Shown here one piece after another: positions 1 through 13,400 of a stretch of 64,000 bases of DNA. Position numbers and translations under genes: made by a program. The DNA is from Trichinella spiralis. Taxonomy: Eukaryota. Within the stretch, counting starts at the first letter, position 1. Every line of letters starts with the position of its first letter. Where the stretch lies: positions 5,449,806 to 5,513,805 of the forward strand of contig NW_003526943.1 of the NCBI RefSeq assembly GCF_000181795.1, read 5' to 3'. The notes under the pieces were generated by a model. It was not told where the DNA came from. It did not search any database and was given only the letters and a program-made list of their open reading frames with translations.

Positions 1-24
1 TAATATGGTTTGCAATTCTCTCAG

Positions 25-3000
25 GTCGTGATATTGTAATTGGTGCTTTGCTTGGCGCCGATGAGTTTGGCATGTCTACAGCTCCACTAATTGCCCTCGG
101 CTGTACAATGATGAGAAAATGTCATTTGAATACATGTCCAGTTGGCATTGCGACGCAGGATCCAATTTTGAGGGCCAAATTCGAAGGGAAACCTGAACAC
201 GTGATCAATTACATGTTTCTGCTCGCCGAAGAGGTGCGGCAGATTTTGAGCCATTTGGGTTTGCGGTCCCTCAGCGAAGCTATAGGCCGCACTGATTTGC
301 TTTATCCTCGGCCGGACTTCAAGAACAAAAAAGCACGTCTGTTGGAATTTGGCCCTATTTTGCAAAATGTTTCTCACCAGTACCCGCATGTCGATACTCG
401 AGCTTCTGTTGTAAAGCAAGAATTTGATTTAAGTTCACGCTTGGTATGTTTATTTTATATTTATATTTTATTTTATTCAATTTTATTTGCTTTTTTGTTC
501 AGGACAATAAAATCATCGAAGCTGCCAGCAATGTTTTGAATGGAGAAAAAACAACCTTGAATCTCTCGTATAAAATTAGCAACATTGATCGAGCTTTCGG
601 TGTTACGCTCAGCTATCACATTTCACGGTAAGTTGCCTTTTTTCTCTTTTTCTGAGGATTTTTAAATAAATTTCATTATCACATTTAATGTGTGTATACT
701 ATTTGATTTGATTTCCATTTTAGCAGTTTTGGTGAACAAGGTCTGCCTGGTAATATTCATCTGAAATTAACTGGCTCTGCTGGTCAAAGTTTTTGCGCAT
801 TTCTGGCCAAGGGCTTGTTGGTCGAATTGGAAGGTGATTCTAATGATTACGTTGGAAAGGTAGAGTGTGGTTTTTTCTTTGAATAATTTAATGTTTGTTT
901 AATGAATATTACTTTTACAACTTTCTCGATGCATTGCCTAGTGCGCAGTGTCTGCCATTTGTATTTTGTAATGATTCATTTTCATAATTGTATGCGATTG
1001 TGAAATTTCAGGGCCTTTCTGGTGGTGAAATTATAATTTACCCGCCTCGAAATTGTCACGAATCATTCAAATCTGAAGAAAATATTATTGTCGGAAATGC
1101 TGTATTATACGGCGCCACATCCGGGCGAGCGTTCATACGTGGCATCACCGCCGAACGTTTTTGTGTTCGAAATTCTGGCGCGACAGCTGTTGTTGAGGTT
1201 TGTTATAAATTTATTATAATGTTTTTTGAATTATTTCCACGATAATGGAATTGGTTTTTGCAGGGCGTTGGCGATCACGGTTGTGAATACATGACTGCAG
1301 GTATTGTGGTGATTTTGGGCCCAGTAGGGCGAAACTTTGCGGCAGGCATGTCTGGCGGAGTTGCATTTGTTTACGACAAGTGAGACTGTGGAAATTTTAA
1401 ATTTCTCATCATTTATTATTTGCATTAATTTTTATTTATTTTATTGAAATTTCAGATCGCACAGCTTTCTGAACAAGTGCAACGTCGGCAGTGTTGATCT
1501 GGATCCTGTTCAAACTGAAGAAGACGCGAAAACGTTGAAAGCATTGATTGTTGAATTTCACGAAAAAACTGGCAGCAGAGTTGCAGAAAAGATAATCACA
1601 AAATGGTCCAAATCTGTCAAGCGTTTTGTCAAAGTGAAATTTTTGCCATTCACTTGAATTTCTTTTTTTTTTGGTTTTATTATGATCAGTATTTTTTGTT
1701 CAGGTATTCCCGAAGGAATTCAAACGCGTGCTTGAAGAAGCTGCGGCTGTGAAAAAAGAAGAAAATTACCAAGTCGATGGACAGTCCGATTACAAAGAAG
1801 ATATTCTTCAAGAACTACCATCCAGTACAATGCTGCAAGTCAGTGTTTTTCTATTCAAGACAATTTAATGCTTATCGTTATTTTTTAAATTTTCTAAATA
1901 AGATCAAATTAGTATGTACACAGTGGAATTTTTTGCATATACTGATAGTATTAGCATTCTTCTCTTTGTAGGTTATGCGTGAAGTGTCCAGTCAGAGAAC
2001 CGTTTCACCTGAAAAAGTGAGTGATATTTTTCTTATGGGATAAATTTGTGAAACTTTTTTAAAAATTATTTTATTTACATAATTAAAAAAAATTCATCTC
2101 AATTTTTCTTTGAACAATACAGAATTCAGTTCAACCAGTGGAGAGTTCAAGCAGTTCGTGTGAAAATTCTAATGACGAAATGTTCAGCGGTGTACAGGAA
2201 AAAGTTCTTGACGCTCTTTTGGCAGAAACAATGGATATAGAAAATATACTTGTCACTCCCATGCCGAAGAAAGTAAGCAAGCCGGCGTTGGATAAAACTA
2301 GGTATGTGAAGAGAATTGGAATAATTTATTTATGCAAGTTTTATTTGAAAGCATCATCATAGTCAAGTGATTCTTTGTTGTGTTGTGTTGATGTTATATT
2401 GTGGTGATTCTGATTTTGCATAATTTGATTGATATAATTTGATTTAGGGGATTTATCAAATATCCGAGGCAGACGGTGATTTACCGGCCTGCAAAAGAGC
2501 GATTGGACGATTGGAACGAAGTGTTCGATTTCAAAGAGATACGAGCGAATCTTAGAACGCAGGCAGCGCGTTGCATGGATTGCGGGGTTCCATTTTGCCA
2601 AGGCAACACCGGATGTCCGCTTGGGAACATCATTCCTAAATGGAATGATCTGGTTTTTAGAAACAATTGGAAAGAAGCATTGATTCAATTACTTCAGACG
2701 AACAATTTTCCAGAATTTACCGGTCGCGTTTGTCCGGCACCTTGTGAAGTTAGTCGACCAGAATGGAAACTTTAAAATAGCAGGAATATAAATAAAATTG
2801 AGAATAAACAATTGTTTAATATCTTTTCCAGGGTGCGTGTTGTTTGGCAATCAGCGAGCCGGCAGTGACGATAAAGAATATCGAATGTTCGATTATTGAA
2901 TTCGCTTTTGAGAAAGGTTGGGTTAAGCCGGAACCGCCGGCTTTTCGAACAGGCAAGCGAATTGCCATTGTTGGAAGTGGACCGGCAGGTCTGGCAGCGG

Positions 3001-4449
3001 CAGCGCAGTTGAACAAAGTTGGTCACACTGTCATTGTTTACGAACGCAGCAGCAATGTTGGTGGTCTTCTTGAATTCGGGATTCCGACGATGAAGCTCAG
3101 CAAGCAGGTTGTTATCCCACATATATATTATATATTTATTTATTTATTAAATATGCATAATTGTATTCTGTTTTCAATCGACTCCTTTAGATTATTGATC
3201 GTCGAATTCGACTTATGGAAGCTGAAGGAATAAAATTTGTAAAAAATATCGAAGTTGGTAAAGATGTTCCTGCAAAATTGCTACTGATGGAAAATGATGT
3301 AGTGCTTGTCGCCGTCGGTGCGACCAAACCAAGAGATTTGACCATTCCAGGTAGGGAAGGATGCTTCTATTTTCTAATAATGAAGAAGAAAAAATATTTT
3401 TTTTTCTTCAGAATTGTTTATTTGGCAAATAATTCATGACGAATTTAGGTCGAAATTTAAAAGGAATTCATTTTGCGATGGAATTTTTATCCACTTGGCA
3501 GTCTCATCAGCGTGGCTTTGAAGTCGATTACAAGCCACTGCATGCCCAGAACAGAAATGTAATCATCATTGGTGGCGGCGATACAGCTACCGATTGTTTG
3601 GGCACTTGCTTAAGACAAGTAATTTTTGATGAGTTTCGTTGATGCATTATTGGATGACTTCTTCGCTGATTATTAATACAAATTGTTTTGATTATGAAAA
3701 ATGATATTATTCTTCTTTTTTTTATTCGTGTTTTCAAGGGAGCGAAATCAGTTGTTATGTTTGAAATAATGCCTCGACCGCCAAATAGCAGAGCATCGAA
3801 TAATCCTTGGCCTGAATGGCCTTTGATATTTCGCGTTGAATATGGTCACGAAGAATACAAAGTGAAATACGACTCGGATCCGAGAATATACTGTATTTCG
3901 ACAAAAGTATGTGGGTGTGGGTGTTCATTTTTCGAATTGTGAACAAAATCGAAATGCGTTAAAAATTATTGCAGGACTTTGTTGGCGACGAAAGTGGGCA
4001 TGTTAGCGGAGTCAGAACTGTACAAGTGAAATGGAATCGAACCGAAGATGGGCGAGCATTTTTGGAAGAAATTGAAAATAGTGAGAAAATATTCCACGCC
4101 GATATGGTTCTGTTGGCGATGGGCTTTTTGGGACCCGAATCGACTGTTATTGATCAGTTGAAGCTCGAACAAGATGCGAGGAGCAATATCCAAACAGCGG
4201 ATGGAAAATATTCGACATCGTTGTCGAAAGTGTTCGCAGCAGGAGGTAATGTGGAAACAAATTTCTCAGATATGGAAATATATTTCATATCTTTATTTAT
4301 TTGTTTGTACAGACTGCCGTAGGGGTCAGTCGTTGGTTGTATGGGCTATACACGAAGGACGTCAAGCAGCACGTGAGATTGATGTTTTCTTGATGGGAAA
4401 AACTTCTCTGGCTGGACCTGGTGGAATGGTTGCCGCGCCATTGAAATGA
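25..4449 (+). CDS. NADH-dependent glutamate synthase (fused alpha/beta GOGAT), 3' portion; gene starts before the window
   Basis: Exons joined by GT-AG introns (e.g. 25-443, 503-627, 724-859, 1012-1197, 1264-1379, 1456-1633) up to TGA at 4449. Motifs: [21 protein letters not shown] (3Fe-4S), GXGXG domain ([20 protein letters not shown]), [11 protein letters not shown]...CPLGN and [16 protein letters not shown] (4Fe-4S), [10 protein letters not shown] (FAD), GGGDTATDC (NAD), [23 protein letters not shown]. Confidence 0.97.
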
Positions 4450-5002
4450 AAATCATACTTTCCATCTATTTATCTATCACATACATGTGTATATGATGAT
4501 TTTCAGTCCGTCCGAAAGTTGATTTTATAAATTTCTGATCAAAAATCTCACATTAGCATTCATTATTGTTTATTCTTTTCCATTTTAAGCTGTTACTAGC
4601 CGCCAGATGTGTGCCATATGTGTGAAAGAGTTGCTTTAGTTGAGTTGTAAGTTTCAATTTTTTAAAATTATTCACAACAACTTCGCCGAATATTCGTAAT
4701 AATTTTTTCCCCTTTTTTCTGATTCCAAGATTACCATTCCATTCAAAGTCCGTTCCCATTTGTTTCTGATTACACGTCGTTTGGCAAATAAAATAGATTC
4801 CACAGTGTATAATTTTTTTTTCGAACAAATTCCAGAAATTCATTTCATCTTGAGACTCATATGACCTGCAAATGGACAATATCAACACCTAATAATAATA
4901 TTTTAAACACGTATAATATGATTTAATAGTAACAGTTTCATTTGCAACATTAATTTTATTATGTCACCAGTAAAGAATATTTAAATTTTGAAATACAGTT
5001 GT

Positions 5003-6341
5003 TTAAATTTCTTCTACTGAGCTGATGCATCGTTCTTCAAAAAATGCGTGCCTTTGCATAAGAACATTGTCTGCTTTATTCGATTGAAAATAACTCGTCA
5101 ATCTCTTGCCAAGCTTTGATGGTTTCACTTCATCACTTTTTTCATTATCTTCCCTGAAAATTTTCAAAAAAAGAATAAACAGTGTAAACACGAACCATGA
5201 TGATCACCATAACAGAAAATAAATCACCACACAACTGGTACACATTTCGTATCCAATAGCTGTTTGGCAGTTGACCAACTGAATCGAACTACCGAATGAA
5301 AGCCGAAAATTTTATCCACTGAATTGTTCAAAAATGCGACTGTATTTGGATCTTAAACATTTTGAAGTGATTTTTGATTTTCAAATCTACCTCTCAATAC
5401 CGGATGGATATCCGGATCCGAACTGTTGACCAGATGATGATGATGATGATTCAGACCATTGTGAAAGGTGATTGTCGCGAGTAACTTTCGCGCAAATGCT
5501 CGCAGCACTGACTATTGTATGCAATGAATCTGCTTTTTTTGAAACTAAAATGTCAATTTTTGGAAATCGACTTCTCAACTTGGCTTCATATTTTTCTGTC
5601 GGCCCTACAGTATCCAATATAACCTAAATGTATTATTTTTTAAATTAAACTGTTGCTGTTGCATTGCATCTATCGTATTGTCTAAACGGTGATTATTATA
5701 TCAAAAGACAAACAATACTTACTTTATCCACAACAACTCCAGCATCGCAGACAATTTGAATAAGTTCCATTGCAGTATCGTGAGAAATTTCGTTCAAATT
5801 ATATTTCGATCTAAACTATACAAATTATAACCTTAAAATACCGTTTTCTTCACGTTAAGTAATATTTTAAAAAAATTAAGAAAAAAGCATTATTTTGTTA
5901 CATTTCACATTAAATTCAATTAATTCATAATAATCATGTAAAAATACATTGAAAACGATAACAAGCAAAAGTCACCTTCCAAGCATTGATTTTGAAATAT
6001 AAACAGGCGAAAGTAATTTCATAGTATAAGCAAATAGATGGGAATTCTTTTCTGATTGCATATTTTTGAAAATAGTCGAACGTTCATCTTCAGTCAAAGT
6101 TTTCGAATCCTTCGCCTTCAAAGTGGACAACTGTTCAAGATTATCAGTAACACATACGCCACACGCATAAACCATTGGACCTTATCAAAAACAAAATAAA
6201 ATATTTATTGTTAAAAAATTCCACTTTCAACTTACCCAACACTGGACCACGTCCGGCTTCGTCCACTCCCAGAGTGCAATGTTTTCCGACAAAATTTGGC
6301 AAATTATCACTAATTACAATCTTGTTCTTGCTCCAATCCAT
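5003..6341 (-). CDS. RNASEH2A: Ribonuclease H2 catalytic subunit A
   Basis: Six exons with canonical splice sites. Motifs [59 protein letters not shown]...VRFSW. Confidence 0.95.
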
Positions 6342-7490
6342 CCTTCAACAATAAAAATTCATTTCAAATCAATGGAAATTACTTTAAATAGAGTCAATCA
6401 ATATTAGAAAATGACATATTTCGAGACTTCTTTTACTTATATGAATTATATTGATAGGATAAAAAGTATAATTGTATCATTAGAAATTTAATTGACAACA
6501 AAAACATAAAATGACCAATAAAAAGCATATCCATCAATAAAATAGATCAAATTATAAATATAACAACCAGAGAATTGACAAAAAATAAAAATAAGACAAG
6601 AAACTGTCAAAAAAGATAATCAAACTTAATAATGCATATAACTGCTAATAAAGAAAAATAAATGATACTGATAGATGATAATAATATAAATTTACATCCA
6701 AAACACTCAAATAATTAACCTCATGACAGTTTTTAAAATAAATTTTCACAAAAAAGTTTATCACTAAATTGCCTTGATAACTTTCAAATATTCAGTTTAC
6801 TGTAAGCGCAATCAAGTATAATTATATAATATTGAATTATTGCATAAATAACCGACATTATTTAAAATTAATTTAAATGATAATAAACCAATTAATAGCT
6901 CTATAAAGAATCTTTAATTTGTAATTAGTATTCACTTTAATTTTAGTTCATTTACGTACAGTTTGCAGTAATGGACATTTTAAACTGCACTGGTTTTATA
7001 AATGAAATAATCACAAATGAATTTTATTTATTAATATTAAATGGTTTAAAGGTTCAATATAATGTTTTAAACGACTGTAATATAAGTAAAAGAAGTTTTC
7101 GTAGCATTTTATGATGAATTATTTTGTTTTTGAAGATATATACATTTTGATTTCAAAATTCAATTTTGAAACGTTAAAAAATTTGTTAAGTGCAAAAATA
7201 AAACACCAATGTACGTTTATTTATTCATTTATTTGAATAAATGTATTATGGAATTTTTACATATTAAACGTCAGAGTTGTATTTCTTTTATAATGAATAT
7301 TTTTTCTTCATTTTACCAGTGTATATAATTGCATTGTTTCAATTGAACAAAATGAATTCAATTTTTCAAAGATACTTTCAATAAAAATTTGTTTGAAAAC
7401 AGTTTCAAAAACAATATGATAATGTTGTTTTTGACTATAACAAAGTCAAAATTAGGGGAGAATTTTGAGAAATAATTTTCATCGACAACT

Positions 7491-10400
7491 TTAATACTTG
7501 TTTGGATTCTGAGCAGCATCGTCAGCTTCCACTTCCAATTTTCTGAAATATTTGCACAATAATTCTAGACTGTTAAATATGAATAGAAAATAAAATTTCC
7601 CATATATGCAAATGAAATGTAAAACAAATTAAGCCAAACAATATAAAGTTATTAATGTTAAATATTATGATGACAATACAAAGTGTAAATTTATTGATAA
7701 TAAAGTAAATTGGATTAGTGTAAATAACATAAGAATTATTTTAATTCGTAAGTGAATGTTCTTAATAAAAAGGCAAATGTCAGTTTGGCAAATGAAATTC
7801 AGTGCAAACTTATTAAACTTACTTATCATTATCCGAATTTTCAGCAGAGTGTGGTATTATTTGTTGGTCGACATCATTACTGCCGCTTGATGTTTTCAAT
7901 TTTGGAAATTTCGATTTTTTTGCCATTGCTACTGCTGAATGAGTGTTATCCGGCAATTTTCTCAACACCATACAGGCGCATGTATTATAATAGGCAAATA
8001 AAATGAACCATCCAAGGAAAAGAATGCTGAAGATTGACGACAAGGAAATGATCAATATCCAGCTTTTGACATTTGCATCTTTTGAGATTTCTGAATATGC
8101 TAAAATATTTAACTCATCTTCAAATTTATTATTCGAATAACTTTAATATTTTTTTTAAAAGAAGTATTCATATATTTATTTGTATGATTAAAGAAAAGAA
8201 ATTTTAACAAAATATTAAAATCAGAGGATTTTGCTTAGATAGTTTTGATGCTCAGATGCGTGCGAATTGTATATTCGATATGCGTATGGAAAAAAGGAAA
8301 AGATTATTTATTTCCTAATTAATTCCGATGATCATTTTTATGATTTTACATTTATCGATGATTGTTGTTGTAGTAGATATTATTTGATCACATACTTTCA
8401 ATAGTTAAAATGGAGAAACCAATTAAGGCATGAAGTTCAGTTTTTGTCATCAAAGTGACATCTTGAACTAGTGATTTTGCTGAAAGCGTCGAACAACGAT
8501 AAAAGACAACAACGTCAATTTTCAGTTCCTCTTCTTTATTCATTGTCCAGTTCATGACCTAACATTAAAAGCGGATCAAAATGACATAAAGAAAAAAATG
8601 AAATCAATGCTTGATAAAATTGTATATTTTTAATTTCTTTTTAAAATTTATAATTACAATGCATACATTATTCGTAATTATATTCATCAGATTCTTATAT
8701 CATGATTCTACTCTTCAACAGTACCTGTCTAATAGCTGTTTTTACTGAAAAAATTGTAAAAATGCATTGCTCATGATTTTCATTTTCAATGCAAAATATG
8801 AAAATAAAATAAATAACACCTGAAAATTTTGAACTTTAAAAAATTTTTTCCAATTTATGATAATAATGATGTTCACTTCATCATAATAGGATTAAAGCAT
8901 ATACAAAAGAAAAACAAACATTTTAAAGCTAAGTAAATTATTTTTCCACTAAATTAATAAATAAATAATGTTAATTTAATTTTTTTTCATTAAATTTATT
9001 CTAAACTTTAACATCTTCCAATTGTTTTGTAGAATGAAATGAGCTGTTCTTATAAAATTTAAAGTTTTCGCTGCAAAAGGAAAAGCTGCTCTATTGTGCA
9101 TTTGCATTACAAAGTTGACAGTTTTATTACAAATTCTGAGATGATACATGTCCACAGCAAATTAAATTATGATAGCTAAATATGCAAATTTCCATGAGTA
9201 ACTCTTTTATCAACCACATGATATTTTTTGTTCTGAAATTATTTCTACTACAAGTTAGTTAGTGACAAATTTGTTGGTTTATTTCGGTTGTTTGTTTACA
9301 AGTGGGATTGAATTGATTGGTTCGGTTTGGGGTTGAATTTACAAGCAGCACAAAGCTAAAATTCAATTACACGTTGTTGCATTATTCAATTGAGCTGACA
9401 ATTAAGTAATTGCGAACACCATTTGATAATGATAAGAAAATAAAATTATTCAAATTTATAATTAAAATAAGCAAAAGTGTGTTGATGAATGGATTTGAAG
9501 AGGAATTTATGTATCTGCACATGAAATGCTCAGAATCCAAAAAAAAAGAATCAAGAATAAAGCATAAGCTCTGTTGGCTAATGTTGTTGTTTGTTTGTTT
9601 GTTTGTTTTTTGCTACAGTGATATAGTATAATCGAATTGTAAAAATTACTTGTAAAAGACTGCAAATTTACTATGGTAGAGTGTCAATGAAAAGAGGTTC
9701 TGTGATGCGCAAGTATTAAAAACAAAAGACGAGAAAAATTTTGTCAAAGAGTTGGAAAATTTTCAAAAAAAATTAGAATAAGAAAAAGTGAAAAGTGGAG
9801 AAAATGAATAATTTTCTGGACCCTGCATGCTCGACATTTAACCAGATGGAATCGATATTTTTCTCCGAAGCTTAAAATGTCGAAATGATTATTTCTGGTG
9901 GATCGTGTCGACGATGGAATTAGTGTCGCTCCTCTTCAGCAAGCTTTCAGTTCGTCTAGTTGACGAATAAATAATTGATTTGGCAACCGACACAAGCAAC
10001 CAGATAGATATTCGAAAAAGCAATATCAAACACAACAAATTCAAGTACAGTTGGGCACTAACTTGCCAAGGGGGCAAACGGCTAAATTGTTCAGGAAAGG
10101 AAGATATTTTTTAAAAAAATCTCCAATTTATTACTTTTTTTCATTATTCCTTCTTGACAATTTAATGTGGAAAAAAATGGAAAATTTTTCATCTACTCTA
10201 TTTAACCATTATCAATTATGGTACGTGATAATTTTACTGAATATATTTGAATATTAACAATTCTGTTCGAATTAAGAGAAAAATTTAAATTTAAATTTAA
10301 AAAAAACAAAAAATCATGTTCTGAAAGTGTGAAAACATGAAAATATCTATTGAATAAAGGATAACACTGGGAGAAAGTTGCTACGTCATTCGTGATGCTC

Positions 10401-13400
10401 GCCAGTGAAGCTTGTGCGAAACTAACGCTTAAGTAGACTTTTGCATCAGCTGTTCAACCTGGCCACAACTTTTGCCCACTAGGTTTGTTTCCAATTTCTC
10501 TCATTCTTGCTAGATTGATCCATCAAATAGATCTTTGCATATTTTTGTTGTTTGTTGTGTTTACGATATTTATTTATTTATTTATTTATTTATATTTGTG
10601 GAAAAGGGAATTTTCCCCCTTTTATTATTATAATTATTATTAGTATTACAGCCAGGTATTATGAATTGTTATTTACCTTAATGTTGATTAATTTCAAATC
10701 TGTATAGTTGATAGAAATGGCAGATTGATCGGAAGCAATTCGGTACCAGTAGTCGAATCTTCGGTTGATAAGCTGGACAAACAATAGTTGGATTTTTGCC
10801 ACTAATTGATTGTACAAAGCTTCTTCGTCGACCACTAACCATTTTGGAACTTGAAGCACTGAAATTCAATTCATCAACTGAGGTAATAAACAATAAAAAT
10901 AATATTTAAAATTAACAACAAGGGCGTGGCTTATTTTCTGCTTTTTTTATCTTTCATGTTTCAAAAAATGAAAGCAAAGATAAAATAATGCATGCTTTGT
11001 TTTATTTATGCTTTTCAATTTTCCTCAATAAGCATGTTTAAAGTAAATTAATTGTCCAACAACCTGACATTGACTAAACATTCTCTTCTTGTTCTATAAA
11101 TCATTCGAATGCTTCCAAGCAAATCCTGACATTTTTAAAAAATATTCTCCAGGATTGAAATCTTTTTATCATTTAAAAAGAATTTTATTAAAAAAAATTG
11201 GATTTGCATTTGAAAATTTCAACGCGTTCATCATTGTCAAACTTTTATTTCATCTTCACATAATTTTCATTAAAATTTTTTCCCGTAAATTGTAAAGTTG
11301 ATATCCGTCAAGTTTTGTTTGAATATTTTCATATTTACCTGGCTTTAAATGCATATATATATATAAATATATATATAAGCAGAGAAGAAAAATAACAACA
11401 ACAACAACAACAACAAAGCTTCAATTGAAAAGGTCGGCTAAAGTTGTTTTGCTCCGCCGGACAGCAGCTTCAGTGTAGCAAAGCAACTGATTTATTCAGC
11501 TCATTCAGTTGACATCAACTTGAGCAGTGTTAAAAATTTTTTGATTAATGCGTTTAAAAAAATATTTTTTTTAAACATAATTTTATTATCATTCCATTGT
11601 AAAATGAGTTGCTCATTTTTCAATGCTCTTATTAATTTTTTTTATAAATTTGACAACAATGCAAGAAATTTATGAACAACTGTATTGAAAATTATTTGCA
11701 TAAAATACTTTGTCGAACTGTTTTATTACTAGAAAAATTATGTATTGTGATATTTTTCAGTATTGAAATAGACATGCAATTGAATTTAGTTATTCATGAA
11801 AATATTCCATATTGGCAAAAGTTGCTTGCTTTATTTTCCGTGTATTTATAATAATCAAATGTTAAAGCAGTTTGTGTATTTTTTTTATTTTAATTTTTCT
11901 TATTATTCTGTTGGACAATTCATAAAATTTACATACGCGATATGCTAAAATAGATGTCCCGTTTATTGAAATTACGAATTTTATCAAGTTATTTGTAATT
12001 TCTTGATGATAAAACGACAATCAAATATGAAACGCGACATTGGTTTAAAATAATTTATTCTGTTCATTCAATATGAATTTCATTAATTTGAAAAATTCAA
12101 AATTATTTATTTTAAAATTTTACATATGTGTTTGTGTCAAAACATTTACTAGTGGTGAAATATTTTTGAAAAAATGCTTTCTGCTCAAATGGAAATTATT
12201 ATTATTTTAATTTCATCTCCTATTGTTGAAATATATTATTAAGAAATTCCATCATTCCAATTATGCATCAAATTATTAGTATTATTATTTGAAATGAATA
12301 ATTTGAATATAGGAAATGTAAATTTATTCATAATATTTTCATTTTTGTCGTGTTGGTCAACTTATAAAAGTACATTTCTGCTGGTGTGAAAAATTTAATA
12401 AGAAGAAAGTGAAAATTGTTGTTCCAAGTGAAAATGTGGAAATATGAAAATGATTTCCTACTTTTTCCGAGCTTAGAATTAGTTTAAATTTTGAAATATT
12501 ATTTATTCATTATACAACGCATGAGAGAATTTTGAAAAAAATTATTTTTTTGTAATATTATAAAAGGGGATAATTATTGATGAAGCCGTTGTTTGGTTTC
12601 AAACGTCGTTTCACTTTTCATTTTCACAAATTCAAAGAATAGAATAAGAAGAAAAAAAAAGAAAGATCAGAACTGAAAGGCGCTACTGAGTGCATGCATT
12701 CAGAAATTGAGATTGAAGTTTCGGGGTGAAATTATTGATTTTTGCTATTTTCATGCTTTTTCATGTTGACAGATTATATTCAATTTCTGCATTAGTAACT
12801 TTTTGTAAGGTCACTGCGAGAGGCATAAGAAAAATAAATGTTTTTTTGATTTCCACTTTAACCATCGATATTATTTTATTACTGGACAAAAATTTCAAAA
12901 ATCGATTTAATCAATAAGTATCAGTGAATGATGATGTGCTTTCACAATTGTTCAATATGTATAATATACACGTGTACATTTATAAGAGCAGTAGCTTATT
13001 CATATATTTGAATGAATTGAAGGGTATGAGATATAAGTTGTTATATTTTTTGCAAATTTTTATTAACAAATAATCTTAAAATTATGAACAGAGTTGAATT
13101 ATTAATATTTGTTGTTTTATTGAATACAACAACAATTCGTAAGTGATAAGAAAGAAAAGTAAAATTTTGAGAAATCAATAAGCTAAATTTTTTCTTCCCT
13201 CTTACTTTCTTTTCAATTTTTTTAATTTCATATTTATTGATCTTTTTCTTGATGACAATGAGCTAATTGTACAGTTGAAGTATAATGTTATAGTTGGATA
13301 AATGAAATCTTGTGGATTTCTTTTTTTCATTATAAATAAATAAATAAATGATCGAAGATTTAATTGAATTAATTGAACGTTTCAATAAAAAGCAAGGTAA

